From the NCBI GenBank assembly GCA_030167865.1, contig JALAGF010003324.1, positions 1-48,534 of the forward strand: a stretch of 48,534 bases of DNA. The letters are read 5' to 3'. Position numbers and translations under genes: made by a program. The stretch is from Craspedostauros australis. Taxonomy: Eukaryota. A model generated the notes under the pieces. That model was not told the origin of the DNA, made no database searches, and saw nothing but the letters and a program-made list of their open reading frames with translations. This document shows, one piece after another, positions 33,901 through 45,295 of the stretch (positions within the stretch are counted from its first letter, which is position 1; the number at the start of each line of letters is the position of its first letter).

Positions 33901-35722
33901 CAACCCAAATAGAGTGCTCTCTCGAGAGTATGGCAGCAATGGAGTGGCGCCAACAATGTCACACATTCCGTGGCGACTGATCGAGCACGAACATGGCATG
34001 CAGTATCGCTCTGGCGTGCCGCTGGACGTCGCACATGTACTCTGGAATATCTGGGTTTTGGTTGAGAGGCACTGCAACAGCTTTGACAAGTGCTGATGCA
34101 TACTCCTATTCGTCGGTCATCGATGGTTGGACGCACGCTGAGTTGCTCGAATGGAATGGATCGAATGATGACACCGAGCAATTCTTTTGGCCACGAGCCT
34201 CTCCACATACTCTCGACGGTAAGAGGGTTGTCCTTCACTGAACTGCCTTTGCGACGTGCATGCCTCGTCAAGAAATGGAGAAGGTTGTGTGGCTTCGTGT
34301 AACAGGACGATCTTCACCTCCACACATACTGTGCGTCAGACAAACCGGATGGAAAGCAATCCCATGCAATCAGAGGAATGGCCACACACTCACACCTTAC
34401 GCCCGTGCGGTGTATCCATCGCTTCCGGATACAGGTAGTCGAGTACATTGCAAGTCGGCTGTATGAGCCAATGTTGTTGTCAATTCTCCTCATTGATTTG
34501 CATCCATCCTCTCTCTCTCTCTCTCTTCTTGTTCTTCTTGATCGGATATCTCTCCCATGAGCTTCGTTTCGATTGTGCTGCAGGCAGAACAGGGATGGTC
34601 CACTACGATTTTACTTTGCGTAGATTGAAGATGGGATTGACTGGTGTGAATAGATCGCGCGAATGCGAACACGACAACAATGAGACTACGATTGTAGTAT
34701 TTCAATTGGAACACGGTATCCGTGATTGAATGGCCCAAAATACAGCCGTATCTGAAAGGTCGTGTCCAAGTTCCGTTCAATCACAGGCTCCGAACGGGAG
34801 TTTTTGCGACTACAACAGATGTTGTTCCGGTAAACCTTCGACAACGGGGGAACTTCGAAAGAACAGGACACAAGCCAGATTCCTGACCAATCACATCGCA
34901 CGATCCGGGTGCCTGTCACCAAGTCGCACGGTTTCTGGGTTCGTGTCGCGCGCTTTCGCGATATTCCCTGGCAGGAAGAACAAAGACGCTGATTCTATCT
35001 CAAGAACCCACTTGCGCTCCAACACCGCGGACGCAACCAAGACACAAAGCGATGCTTCGCAAGGATCCGACAGGAGATCGCAGTACCAAGAAAGCCAACA
35101 ACCGCGTGGAAACACGCATCCGCTTCCAGTGCAAGTGCAACAGGAATGACGAATGAGGCGCTGTACGTGTCCTCACGCGCTCTTGCGCATCTGTGCTCGC
35201 ACACACACACAAGTCCATGAGGATGGCAAGGAGGAAGCCTGAGAGGGAAAAAGAGCACAAGAGGTTCGTCCGAGACAGAGAGAGCCAAGCAACACACTGA
35301 GAGTGACACCATAGCGCGAACATACCTCCGAATGCACAGAGCACCAATTGTACAAGCCACTACCAATAGTAGGACGCAGAGTACCACACAAAGGAAGAGA
35401 GGTGAACACAAACAACCAAAGACTCCAAGTGGACGAGCCCTTTCGCCAAACTGGTGATTGTCAGAACGACACCGGCCGTGTATGAGTGGAGCACGAGTTC
35501 CAGTGGTTTGTACAATACGGTCGATACATCGATACGATCTATACGATCCATACGATCCACTCTCCTCTATTTTTCACGAGAGCGCTCCCCTCGGGTGATG
35601 GCAACGATAGAGTCGCAGGACAGAGACAATCCCTACCGTCATCAGCACCAGCAAGATCGCGCAGAGGCCGCCGCCATTTGTGGGAAGGAGCAGTGTCGCA
35701 TGCAGCATCAGGAACGGGTGTG

Positions 35723-35772
35723 AGCAGAGTGGAGCATAGCAGAGTGGAGCATAGCAGAGTGGAGCATAGCAG
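35723..35772. repeat. 15-bp tandem repeat (AGCAGAGTGGAGCAT x3) upstream of the DUF6824 gene
   Basis: Directly visible; contiguous copies with no spacers. Confidence 0.9.
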
Positions 35773-35866
35773 AGAAGGAAAGACGAGAGCGCAGCAGAAT
35801 ACTACCACAAGCACAGGGAACTTCCTCAGCAACTTCCTCAGCAGTGGTGCTTGGAACAACATCACC

Positions 35867-37741
35867 ATGAAGCGGTGCCATGGCCGCAGAGAACGGCGGG
35901 TGAAGCCGGAGCATGTGTCAAGCCTCTCCGCACCCTCGGTCTTCTCGCTGAGCTCGGACAGCGCCAGCACATCGTGCGATTCCGCCTGCAACCAAATCCC
36001 CTGCAGCGCCTCCTCCGCCCGCTCGAAGCGCAACCGCGTGACGCCCACCGAAGGAGAGGCCGCCGTCACGGACGCCTTGAACGACCTCTCGTTTCGCGAG
36101 CGCGTGACAGTCTTCGAGGAGATCCACGGCGTCAAGTCCACCAACAACGTCGAAGAGACGCCCGAGCTGCGCCAGACCAAGCTCCGGGAGCTGTACACCC
36201 GGATCTCGCAGATCAAGAAGCAGCATCGAACGTCCTACGATCTGGCCTTGCTCATGTCACCCAAATACGTGCAGGACCCGCAGTTCCTGCTCATGTTCTT
36301 GCGCGCCGACACCTTCGATGCCACGAAAGCGGCGCAGCGGTTGATCAAGCACTTTGAGTTCAAGGAGAAGCTCTTCGGACAGGACAACCTCGCCAAGGAC
36401 ATTGGCTGGGACGACCTCGATGAGACCGATCACCTGCTGGCCAACACCAACACGCTCATGCAGTATGACGATCTCAAGGATAATTCCGGGCGCACTGTTT
36501 GGGTGGCGGCGATGAATGATATCGTGGATCAGCGTGAGGATGGGACGGTGAGTCCTCTGTTCTTCTCGTCAGCTGCATTTTGTATTGAGCGTTGTGTGTT
36601 GTGTTGCCTATGGTATTCACTTTGGCTGTTGCGTTTGTTGCAATTGCTGCAGGTCCAGAAACCATGATCCGAATGGGTGGCCACGTTCCCTGCCCATCAG
36701 CGCGCCTCTCCCCTTGCTTTTTCTCTCACACCACATCTTCGCGCCTTCCATCTCCGCTCAATCCCCAATCCATCCACTACGCCAACACACCCACGCGCAG
36801 CCCATCGCACACGACCATTTGCTCCGCTTCGCATGGTGCGAAATCATGGCCCTTGTACAGGGCAACCTCGATGCGCAACAACGCGGCATTGTCGGCGTGG
36901 GCTACATGGTGGGCTTGCAGAAGGAGAAATTCAGAGACGGTTCCACCGCCGACAACCTCAAACTCATCATGGGCATGCCCTTCCGATATGCCGCATTGCA
37001 TATCTGCTACGACAGTCCCAAGATGAAGCCAGTCATCAGTGTCCTGCAAGTCGTTGCCAACCTCCAGACCAAGGTCCGCTTCCGTGCTCATTTCGGTAAG
37101 TTATGGCGACGCAGCGATACATTCGCATTGGGGAGAGCATTTGTGTTTGTGCATGGTGCATGCGTGGGTGCAACCATTCGCATGATGCCTTGCCCTGCCT
37201 TACCTTGCCTTGACTTGACTGCAACTCACCGTCTCTTTCAATCCCTCTCATCCTGATGTCCACGCAAACACAAACACACACAGGAACACACATGGAATGT
37301 CAGTATGAACTGATGGCATTCGGCATCAGCCAGAACATCTTCCCTATCGACAACGCAGGCAGCCTTCAAACCGAACGATACCAGCAACACATGGAACAAC
37401 GCAAAGCCAACGAACGCCGGCAGCAAAAGATCATTGCCCAGTCCGGTGCCATCCCCTACCCCTGCTCCGCCGACGTCCTATTCGGCAAAGGCAAGGCCTA
37501 CAACGACTTTCCCGGCAACCACCTTCTTTATCAGTACATTGATCGATACAAGGAACAGTACCGCGATTCCAAGCTCAAGGATGAAAAGACGATCATTGCC
37601 GAGACCGTCCTCATGATGGTCAAGGAAAGTGGGGGACGGTTCCTCAAGCGCGCTGACGATGACATGAAGGGATGGGTCAAGGTTCCGGACATTGCGGCTC
37701 GCAAGAAGATCAGCCATACGTTCCGCACGAGGATACGATAA
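35867..37741 (+). CDS. Spliced CRAL-TRIO-like + C-terminal DUF6824 protein (about 477 aa; start uncertain); exons 35867-36547, 36801-37095, 37284-37741
   Basis: LSFRERVTVFEEIHGV...YVQDPQFLLMFLRADTFDATKAAQRLIKHF is CRAL-TRIO N-like. Introns are ACG|GTGAGT...GCAG|CCC (phase 0) and TTCG|GTAAGT...ACAG|GA (phase 1). The DUF6824 pattern is DVLFGKG...FPGN...Y...EKTII...GGRFLK...W..V...AR.KISHTFR. Confidence 0.88.
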
Positions 37742-38095
37742 GTGTCAGAAGGGGGCACACACGGTTAGAATTTATAATATAATATAATAACATTCTACTG
37801 TGAGCATTTTGTCCGCTGCTGCAATGCATGATACGAGTAATCACTCGTGGGGTACGTGGTTGCTGCGTGATCTCTGCTAGCCGTACCATCGTTGGCGTTG
37901 TTCTCATTCGGAATTTGCTGCCCAAACACAGGCAACGATGCCAAGGTGCATCACTGCGGAGCACTATGTAATTCTCTTGAGAGACTACTTCTATCATGCA
38001 CGATACTTGAGTACTATATTTTCTTCTTCATTGCCCCTCGTGGGTTAGTACTCTTCTCTTCTAGTACGATACATTGTCGCATCCACATCCCCTTT

Positions 38096-41000
38096 CTAAG
38101 AACGTGGCGGTCCTGGCTTCCCCCCTGAAGTGCTGCCCTCCTTGCCAGCGACTGGCGGTGGATTGCAATCAACACCGTCCTTACAACACGTTGTGCAGCA
38201 AGGGCAGTCCACTTCTTCGCAATCGGCAGTCAGCACTTCCAATTTCGTCAGGGTGCTGTTCTCCGCATCGCACAAAGGCATCGTCCCATTCAGGCCGTTG
38301 ACCGCAAACGCAGCCTTCGTGAAAAAGGGCAAATCCAAGAGCTCGACAGGAATGCCTCCAGTGAAGGCGTTCTTGTATAGCGATAGTTCGTTGAGCGCGG
38401 TGATGTTCGCTAGTTCCACTGGAATCGCCCCGCGCATGTTGGTGTTCTGGATTTTTATGTTTCGCAGGCTGGTCATGAGACCTAGCTCGGTGGGCAGGGT
38501 GCCCGAGAAGGTGCTGTCTGTGATACGGAGGCGATTTACGCCCGTGAGGAACCCCAGTTCAGATGGGAGTGGACTGGAAAGGTTGCTGAGTGCTTGCAGG
38601 GATAGCATGCGGAGGTTGGTGAGCTCACCGAATTCGGTGGGGAAGGTGCCTGGGAATGGATTGCTGTGAAGGACCAACGATGTGAGAAAGGTGAGCTGCC
38701 CCAGCTGGGATGGAATCTGATTTTTGAACTGGTTGGAGTGGATGAAGATCGATCGCAGATCTATGGCCAGGCCGATTTCAGAGGGGAGGTGGGTGAACTG
38801 GTTGGAGCCTGCCTTGAAGACCCGCAGCTTGGATCCTTCGTAGAACAGCTCCGGAGGGATGTCGCCCGTGAATCCGTTGACCATGGCTTCGATCTCTTCC
38901 AGCTTGGTGAGATTCCCGAGCGATGCTGGCATGGTGCCATTCATCTGGTTACGAGTGATGAAGAGCTTCTCCAGCTGCGCTAGCTGACCAATTTCATCGG
39001 GCAGTCCCCCCGTGAACTGATTGTTTCCAAGAATGAGTTCGCGCAGCGCCTTGGCATCCCCGATCTGGGTCGGGATGGGTCCAAACATCTGGTTGACTTC
39101 CATGTTCCATTCCGTCAGAGTATCGAAGGTGCCGATGAGCGATGAGATCGTTCCCGTGATTGCATTGTCAGCCATGGACCACATCCGGAGTTTGGTCAAG
39201 GACTGCCACCACGTGTCCGGGATGGAGCCGTCCAATTGCAGATGGCTCAAATCCAGATGCGTCAGCTGTCTCAAGTTGTCATAGTCGGAGGGTAGCTGTC
39301 CAGTGATGCTGGTGTCGGACATGTCCATGTGGGTGAGACTCAAGGCATTGCCCAGGGCGACTGGCAGCGTGCCGTTGATGCGGCCATTGCCTGCGATGTT
39401 GAAGGTCAGGAGGGCATCCCAAACTGATCCGTAGTTGTCAGGTATTCCCATCTCGATGTCATTGCCCGAAACATCGAACGACGTCATGGCCTTGCAATCT
39501 CCCAGCTGAGGAGGGAGGGCGCCGACCAACTGGTTGTTGGGAAACTCCATCGTCCTGATGGATTCCAGCAGGCCAAGTTCGAGTGGCAGTGTGCCTTGCA
39601 GGTTGTTGGCGGACAGCTGCAGGTACCAGACGAAGCCCTGCAGGTCGCAGACTGCCCCCTCATCCGAGATCCACCAATCGCACACGCTTTCGGAGGAGAG
39701 CCAGTTGGTGTTGACTTTCCAATTCTCGCCGTCAGTGGCGTAGAATAACGTGGCCATGGCGTATCGCTCTAGCATGGTGGAGCGATCGACGGGGCCGTCC
39801 GAGATCAACCAAAGGAAGGCCTTGCGCTGTGGCGAATCGAGATCGTTTCGGACAGCCGCCCCACCATCGAAGGAGTTCGACGCGAGGATATCCAACACCT
39901 CGTTGGCCTCTCCGGACAATGTGGGTTGCATCGTCGGCATGGCGGACGGCCCCATGGATGGCTGAAAGGACGGGGTCCCTGTCGTTGGACTCATGGTTGG
40001 ACTGTTGGACAGCGCTTCGCTGTCATCCGACGGACGCGTTGCCAGCACAGCTCCAACGATGGCACCCACGACTGCCATGATGAAGATGATGAAGAGGATG
40101 CTCTTGGTGGGCGTCCAGAAGGACTCCTGCACTTCGGCCTCGACCGCTTGCGAGAGGATCTTTTCGCGCACCTGCTTTTCGATGTCGTTGGACGGCGCGG
40201 CTCCGCCCATGCCGTCGACTTCAACATGAGCATTGTCGATGGTGCTGTCCTTCCTGGCGGTGGTGCTGGGCGCATCGTCCTCGACGATGGTAGCCTCTGC
40301 GATGTGGTGCTGGAAGTACGGCGACTCCTCCATGGCGTTGGCAGCACTGAGCATGGTTATAGCAGCGTCATCGGCAGAGGCGTTGTTGTTGATGTCGTTA
40401 GTGTTGGGCGAGTGGAGGGCACTGCCTTGTCCCATCATGCCGCCCATGCGAATGGCGCCGGGGATCATGTTGAGGTCCTCTCCTGTCGCCGCGAGATGGT
40501 TGTGCGTACGGGCTCGATGTTCCAATGTGGTTGGTGGGGTGGAGTCGAAGAGATTGACGGTGCTGACGGTACCGTCCATGCTGACCATGGTGGCACCTTG
40601 TCGCAACTGCGTTGGTTGCGCAGCGCCGGCACAGTTTCTGTCCTCGTCCATGCACAGCAGCCCATCGCTGTTGTCGGAGGAGTCCGCGTGTCGCTCAGCT
40701 GGCTCAGCATCGCGCGTCGTCTTCTTCGTGCCGTCGTGGGAGGCGAAGCCAGGCGCAGGCGCCGGCACGTACTGCGTTCCAGGAACCGACGCCGCCTTGC
40801 TGTTGCGAAGGTTGGCCTTGACATCGAGCTCGCTGCGGATGCTGCTGTCGCCTTGGCTGGTGCGGCTGTGGACGCCGATGGCGATTTCCTTCTCGGTGAC
40901 GATGTCGGAGCTGCGCCCGTACAGCGATGAGGAGGAAGACGGCGGCACGAGGAGTTCCGACGATGCGAAGGAGGAGGTGGACGTGCGCAGGGAGATTGCC

Positions 41001-41572
41001 TGTTTGGCGTCCTTGCCCTGCCGTCTCGTGATCCTGCGCTGGGCTTGCCGTGCGGCGGAACTGACGGTGGATGCATCTTCGGATGCCGCAGATTCGATGG
41101 ACGGACGTGCTGCTGCTCGCGTCGTGCGCGCGTCTGGTTTGGAAGACGGCCTGGCGGCATCGCCGACCAAGTCGTGCTCTGTGTCGCCCGATTGCGCGCG
41201 AGAGAGATTCAAGACGGCGGCTGCTGTCAGGCCCACCGAGGTTTCGGTTGGAGAGGTGGCGATGGCGTCCATTTGATTGTCCTGTGGTTGCTGTCGTTGT
41301 GGAGACATGGAAGCTGCTGCGATGGAAGGGGTTGCATCTGATGACAACGTTGGCAGCGTTGCAACGGTGGCAGATGCAGCGCTCTCGTTGTCATCCATCC
41401 TGGCTTCCGCCATGGCATGCGCTCGGCTGCTGGGCGAAGCTGAAGAGGATTGGAGTTGGCTCGGCATGCTGGCTGTCGATGGATCTCGTCCTTGGTCGAT
41501 TTGTGAGCTTTCTCCGTCTCCATTGACACCAGATGGCTCCTCGTGCGGTATGTCTGTTCTCTCCATGGTCAT
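38096..41572 (-). CDS. Type II single-pass membrane LRR receptor-like protein (diatom-expanded family), 1158 aa
   Basis: A long disordered N-terminus is followed by TM SILFIIFIMAVVGAIVGAVLA, a PTxxP stalk and the cap SPQRKAFLWL...ERYAMATLFYATDGENW...WLSSESVCDW. It then has plant-type LxLxxNxLxGxIPxE repeats and a C-terminal ADC...CPCCTTCC. There is no kinase domain. Confidence 0.9.
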   Translation of the reverse strand: MTMERTDIPHEEPSGVNGDGESSQIDQGRDPSTASMPSQLQSSSASPSSRAHAMAEARMDDNESAASATVATLPTLSSDATPSIAAASMSPQRQQPQDNQMDAIATSPTETSVGLTAAAVLNLSRAQSGDTEHDLVGDAARPSSKPDARTTRAAARPSIESAASEDASTVSSAARQAQRRITRRQGKDAKQAISLRTSTSSFASSELLVPPSSSSSLYGRSSDIVTEKEIAIGVHSRTSQGDSSIRSELDVKANLRNSKAASVPGTQYVPAPAPGFASHDGTKKTTRDAEPAERHADSSDNSDGLLCMDEDRNCAGAAQPTQLRQGATMVSMDGTVSTVNLFDSTPPTTLEHRARTHNHLAATGEDLNMIPGAIRMGGMMGQGSALHSPNTNDINNNASADDAAITMLSAANAMEESPYFQHHIAEATIVEDDAPSTTARKDSTIDNAHVEVDGMGGAAPSNDIEKQVREKILSQAVEAEVQESFWTPTKSILFIIFIMAVVGAIVGAVLATRPSDDSEALSNSPTMSPTTGTPSFQPSMGPSAMPTMQPTLSGEANEVLDILASNSFDGGAAVRNDLDSPQRKAFLWLISDGPVDRSTMLERYAMATLFYATDGENWKVNTNWLSSESVCDWWISDEGAVCDLQGFVWYLQLSANNLQGTLPLELGLLESIRTMEFPNNQLVGALPPQLGDCKAMTSFDVSGNDIEMGIPDNYGSVWDALLTFNIAGNGRINGTLPVALGNALSLTHMDMSDTSITGQLPSDYDNLRQLTHLDLSHLQLDGSIPDTWWQSLTKLRMWSMADNAITGTISSLIGTFDTLTEWNMEVNQMFGPIPTQIGDAKALRELILGNNQFTGGLPDEIGQLAQLEKLFITRNQMNGTMPASLGNLTKLEEIEAMVNGFTGDIPPELFYEGSKLRVFKAGSNQFTHLPSEIGLAIDLRSIFIHSNQFKNQIPSQLGQLTFLTSLVLHSNPFPGTFPTEFGELTNLRMLSLQALSNLSSPLPSELGFLTGVNRLRITDSTFSGTLPTELGLMTSLRNIKIQNTNMRGAIPVELANITALNELSLYKNAFTGGIPVELLDLPFFTKAAFAVNGLNGTMPLCDAENSTLTKLEVLTADCEEVDCPCCTTCCKDGVDCNPPPVAGKEGSTSGGKPGPPRS

Positions 41573-42467
41573 CGGAGATGTTGTTGCTGTCCTCTCCGTG
41601 ACGATTGCCTCTGTCGTTGCTCTTGATGATTACTATTCCACGAGAATGTGTCATACCTTTTGTACCGATGGCATGATGATGACCCTTTCTGCTTCACATG
41701 TCGGTTGGATGGATTTCGTTTCCTGGGGCAGGTACGTGAGCCAAAGGCGAAAGAGATTGTGATCAATCCTGCTTGGTTGCCTTGTGAGGATGGATCGGAA
41801 CGACGCGACGCGCCGCAACGTCCTTTTGCGACTTGCGACCGATTTCGTGCTAACTTGTTTGGGACGAATAGTCATCGGGAGAACTTCTTGGCGTCGCATC
41901 TCTGGAGCGGGCAGTTGTCAATGTCCCCGACTGGAGAACAGAAAAGGCCTCTCTAAGAGAGATAATTCCTGCTGGGAGTAATTTATCTGTGACTGGGGAA
42001 TGAAGAGGGACCACAGTGATAGATCAGAAACCGAGATGGTTCCATTGGCTCCTGGGCGGCCACCACCCAAACGCAACATCTGCAGCGACATCAACCCACG
42101 AACCACAATCACGACCATGATTACGATCACGTTGGGAGGAGTCCAATCCTTCTGGGGAAGGATTGGATGCGAGTAGTCGCGAGATGTAGTCGCATGTGAA
42201 TACTCTTGTTCCTGCGATGTTGCAACTTGTTCACCCTCCTTCTGAATCCATTCCATTTGATCCTCACGTTGACACCGGCACTTGATCTATTATAGCTCGT
42301 GCTATACCCCACAATGACTGTACTCCCACACGTGTTCGAGTGCAATCGCAGGATCCCACCATTACTATACACCCCACCATTCCACAAGAAGTCGAGCATT
42401 ACGTAGTAGTATGTTACCCTAATGTTGCCCGTATGCATCGTATAATACCATGCGAACATCCTCAACT

Positions 42468-44666
42468 CTATTCATCGGCATCCTCCTCGAACTGCGTCTG
42501 CACGAACTTCTGCTGCGTCTTGTCGAATTTCTTGATCTTGGTGTTGGACACCAAGGCCTGCACGCCGAAGAATGCCGCACCCGCGATGGCCCCGTATCCG
42601 ACCGCGGCGCGCGTCGCCAACCCGGCCACGTTCAGGAGCAGGGACGTCAGCAGCACCTTCTCCATGCGATCGTTCGTCAACGACATGCGTTCCAGGGCCT
42701 TTTCATTCTCCAGCGATCGCACGCGGATCTTGAGCGTGCCGTCCGACATGGAACGCAACGTCTCTTCGACGAAGGCGATCTTGCGCGGCGACGTGATGGC
42801 CGTGTTGATGTCCTTGGAGTTCAGGCCAGTGGCCTTTCCGAATTTCACGGCCTTGCGTTCGAAGTCGCTGGAGTAATTATCCTGGGCCTCGACGAAGGTC
42901 TCGATGAAGGGCTGGGCGAGCTTGCCGATGTCGTACTCCGAATCGAGTCCCTTGCCGATGCCCTCAACGCTGGCGAACGCGCGGAAGATGAAGGTGAAGG
43001 TGGACGGGAAGCGGAAGACGTTGTTCTCCGTGAGGGTCTGCAAATCCGTGCCCACGGTCTCCTTGATGTTCTTTCCCTTCTTGCCGAGCTGGTTGTCCTT
43101 GAAGGTGCGCATGAAGTAACGCGCGAGCTTCTCGACGGCGAGACGATCGGCACCGCGCGCCAGAACACCGGCCTGCTCGACGCCGTCGACCAGCTTCTTG
43201 GCATTCTGCGCCAGCTCCGTGTCGCTGATCATGGGACCGCCCGCGAACAGGGCCGTGCAGAAGGTGCGGAAACCTTCGCGCACGTTGGGTTTGAGCTCGT
43301 CCATCATGCCGAAGTCGTAGTACACGAGGTTGCCCTTGTCGTCGACGCAGAGATTGCCGGGGTGGGGGTCGCAGTGGAAGTAGGACGTGTCAACGATCTG
43401 TCGCAGGAAGGCATCGGCCGTCTTCTTGGCGAGCTCCTTGCGGTCCAGCCCGAGCTGCTCGATGCGCTCGATGTCCGTGAGCTTTAAGGATTCGACGAAT
43501 TCCATGGTGAGGACCTTGGCCGTCGTGAATTGGCGGTAGACCTTGGGCACGCGGACGTAGTCAATGTCCTTGAAGTCGGTGGCGAATCGCTGGCAGTTGT
43601 CGGCCTCGTTGACGTAATCGATCTCGAGGTAGAGCAGGCGCTCGGATTCCTCGTAGATGGAGACCCAGTCGCGATCGGCGCCGTCCGTCTTGGGATCGAA
43701 TTTATCCAGCAGGACCGCGAGCTTGCGCAGGTTCTTGAGATCGACGTCGAAGAGCTCCTTGAGACCGGCACGCTGCACCTTGATGGCGATCTTCTGTCCG
43801 TTGTAGTAGGCCGTGTGGACCTGTCCCAAACTGGCCGCCTTGAGCGGTTCCTCCGAGAAGTCGGTGAAGACGTCATCGACGTCTTGGCCCAGCTCCTGCG
43901 AGATGATCTGCTTGGCGCGCTTGCCGCTGAAGGGCGGCACGTTGTCCTGCAGCGTCTTGAGCACGTCCGTGTAGGTCTTTGGCAGGACGTCCGTGCGCGT
44001 GGACACCACCTGCCCCAGCTTGACGAAGGTGGGTCCCAGCGTGAGGAGGCCGTCGCGGATGAAGGTGGCGGCCTCGATCTGCGCCTGCTGCACCTCCTCC
44101 TCCGAGGCTCCCTTCTTGCGCAGCTTGCGCGGTTTGAGCGACCGGAAGACGCACTTCAAGGCGAACTTCCAGATCTCCGCGTTGCGGCGCAGCGAAGTTC
44201 TGCCTCCGCGCTTCGACCATCCCTGCTCCAGCTCGTCGCCCTGGAATACTTGCTTCACGTCCGCGTCCACCTCTTTTTTCGTTGGTTTTGTCACCGCCAC
44301 TGCAGCAGAATCGTTTGGCGGTGTTGTCTGCCGTGTTGGCTTGGGTGCTGGCACCTCCGCACTTGCTTCATCGCTGATGGGTTGTCCGAGCTTGTCGTGC
44401 ATCTGATCCACGGACAGTTCTGCGACTGCCTCCTTGCCCTCCGCCTTTGTTTCAGCTGCTGCTGCTGATTCCAGCACGGACTTCATGAGCTCCTCATCAT
44501 CGACCATGGCCTCCCCGTTGACCGGCTTGGCCGTCGTGGCCATGCGCAAGGCATCAAATGAGGAACGCTGCTGCTTGGAGGCGGAATTGCCGGTGGGAGC
44601 GACGAAGGCATCTGCGGTTCCCTGCACGGTCAGCACGAATGCCAGCGTCACTGCGGATACTCTCAT
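42468..44666 (-). CDS. Plastid-targeted ABC1/UbiB-family atypical kinase, ABC1K7/ABC1K8(OSA1)-like (732 aa from ATG 44666)
   Basis: Presequence MRVSAVTLAFVLTVQGTADA|FVAP. Motifs are LGPTFVKLGQVVSTRTD, AASLGQVH, IAIKVQR, DGADRDWVSIYEE, EIDYVNEA, FHCDPHPGN and YDFGMM. Confidence 0.93.
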   Translation of the reverse strand: MRVSAVTLAFVLTVQGTADAFVAPTGNSASKQQRSSFDALRMATTAKPVNGEAMVDDEELMKSVLESAAAAETKAEGKEAVAELSVDQMHDKLGQPISDEASAEVPAPKPTRQTTPPNDSAAVAVTKPTKKEVDADVKQVFQGDELEQGWSKRGGRTSLRRNAEIWKFALKCVFRSLKPRKLRKKGASEEEVQQAQIEAATFIRDGLLTLGPTFVKLGQVVSTRTDVLPKTYTDVLKTLQDNVPPFSGKRAKQIISQELGQDVDDVFTDFSEEPLKAASLGQVHTAYYNGQKIAIKVQRAGLKELFDVDLKNLRKLAVLLDKFDPKTDGADRDWVSIYEESERLLYLEIDYVNEADNCQRFATDFKDIDYVRVPKVYRQFTTAKVLTMEFVESLKLTDIERIEQLGLDRKELAKKTADAFLRQIVDTSYFHCDPHPGNLCVDDKGNLVYYDFGMMDELKPNVREGFRTFCTALFAGGPMISDTELAQNAKKLVDGVEQAGVLARGADRLAVEKLARYFMRTFKDNQLGKKGKNIKETVGTDLQTLTENNVFRFPSTFTFIFRAFASVEGIGKGLDSEYDIGKLAQPFIETFVEAQDNYSSDFERKAVKFGKATGLNSKDINTAITSPRKIAFVEETLRSMSDGTLKIRVRSLENEKALERMSLTNDRMEKVLLTSLLLNVAGLATRAAVGYGAIAGAAFFGVQALVSNTKIKKFDKTQQKFVQTQFEEDADE

Positions 44667-45295
44667 CTTTCTTGTTCTTGTTGCTACTATTCTGTTCTGT
44701 TCAATTCTGTTCAATTCTGTTCTGATCTAATCTGTCTCGTCGTATCCGTACGAAGATGGTTGGGTTGCAATGCTGTCTCTCGTCCAAGGGGGGGGTCTTC
44801 CTGGTCTTTTGGCAATGTTGTTGCGTCTGTTCCGAATGAAATGACAGGGAATAAATCTCAGCAAGAAGGAACATGTTGTGGTGCGTGGTGTTGTCGCAGG
44901 TTTTGGACAGTTGCCCCATTTTTTCGTCCACGCAATTGACACCAACACGCTCACACAGACACGCGAAGCAACAAAGCAGGAACGCATACGTCAACCCAAG
45001 ATCCCTCGTTCAATCATGACGTGGTTGAAAACAAAATTGCGTCGGTCATTGTGGTGTTTCATTCGTTGACATATGTCGTAGACGACACGTGTAAATCGCG
45101 GTGAAATATATGAAAACAGACTTTATTTTGTGTACCATTCTACTAGTACCGTTGGCGAAGTACCCAAAATAAGGGATTCTCGTGAAGAACTCCTTTGTCC
45201 GTCGACGATGTTCTGCGAACACAAAGATCGCGGCCAAGCACTGCCACAACCACAACACAGTAATAGGTAGTCACCAACGAAGACTCCACAGACGT

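Noticed and set aside
35723-35772. Short direct repeats here and at 45296-45369 and 48194-48534 considered as CRISPR arrays
   Set aside because: They are contiguous tandem units with no unique spacers, there are no cas genes, and the context is eukaryotic.
39926-41276. Long plus-strand ORFs (334 aa and 347 aa) opposite the LRR membrane protein
   Set aside because: Antisense shadows of a GC-rich low-complexity coding region.
42450-44468. Long plus-strand ORFs (345 aa and 312 aa) opposite the ABC1K gene
   Set aside because: These are antisense shadows caused by strong GC3 codon bias; they have no recognisable motifs, while the minus strand carries the full kinase.
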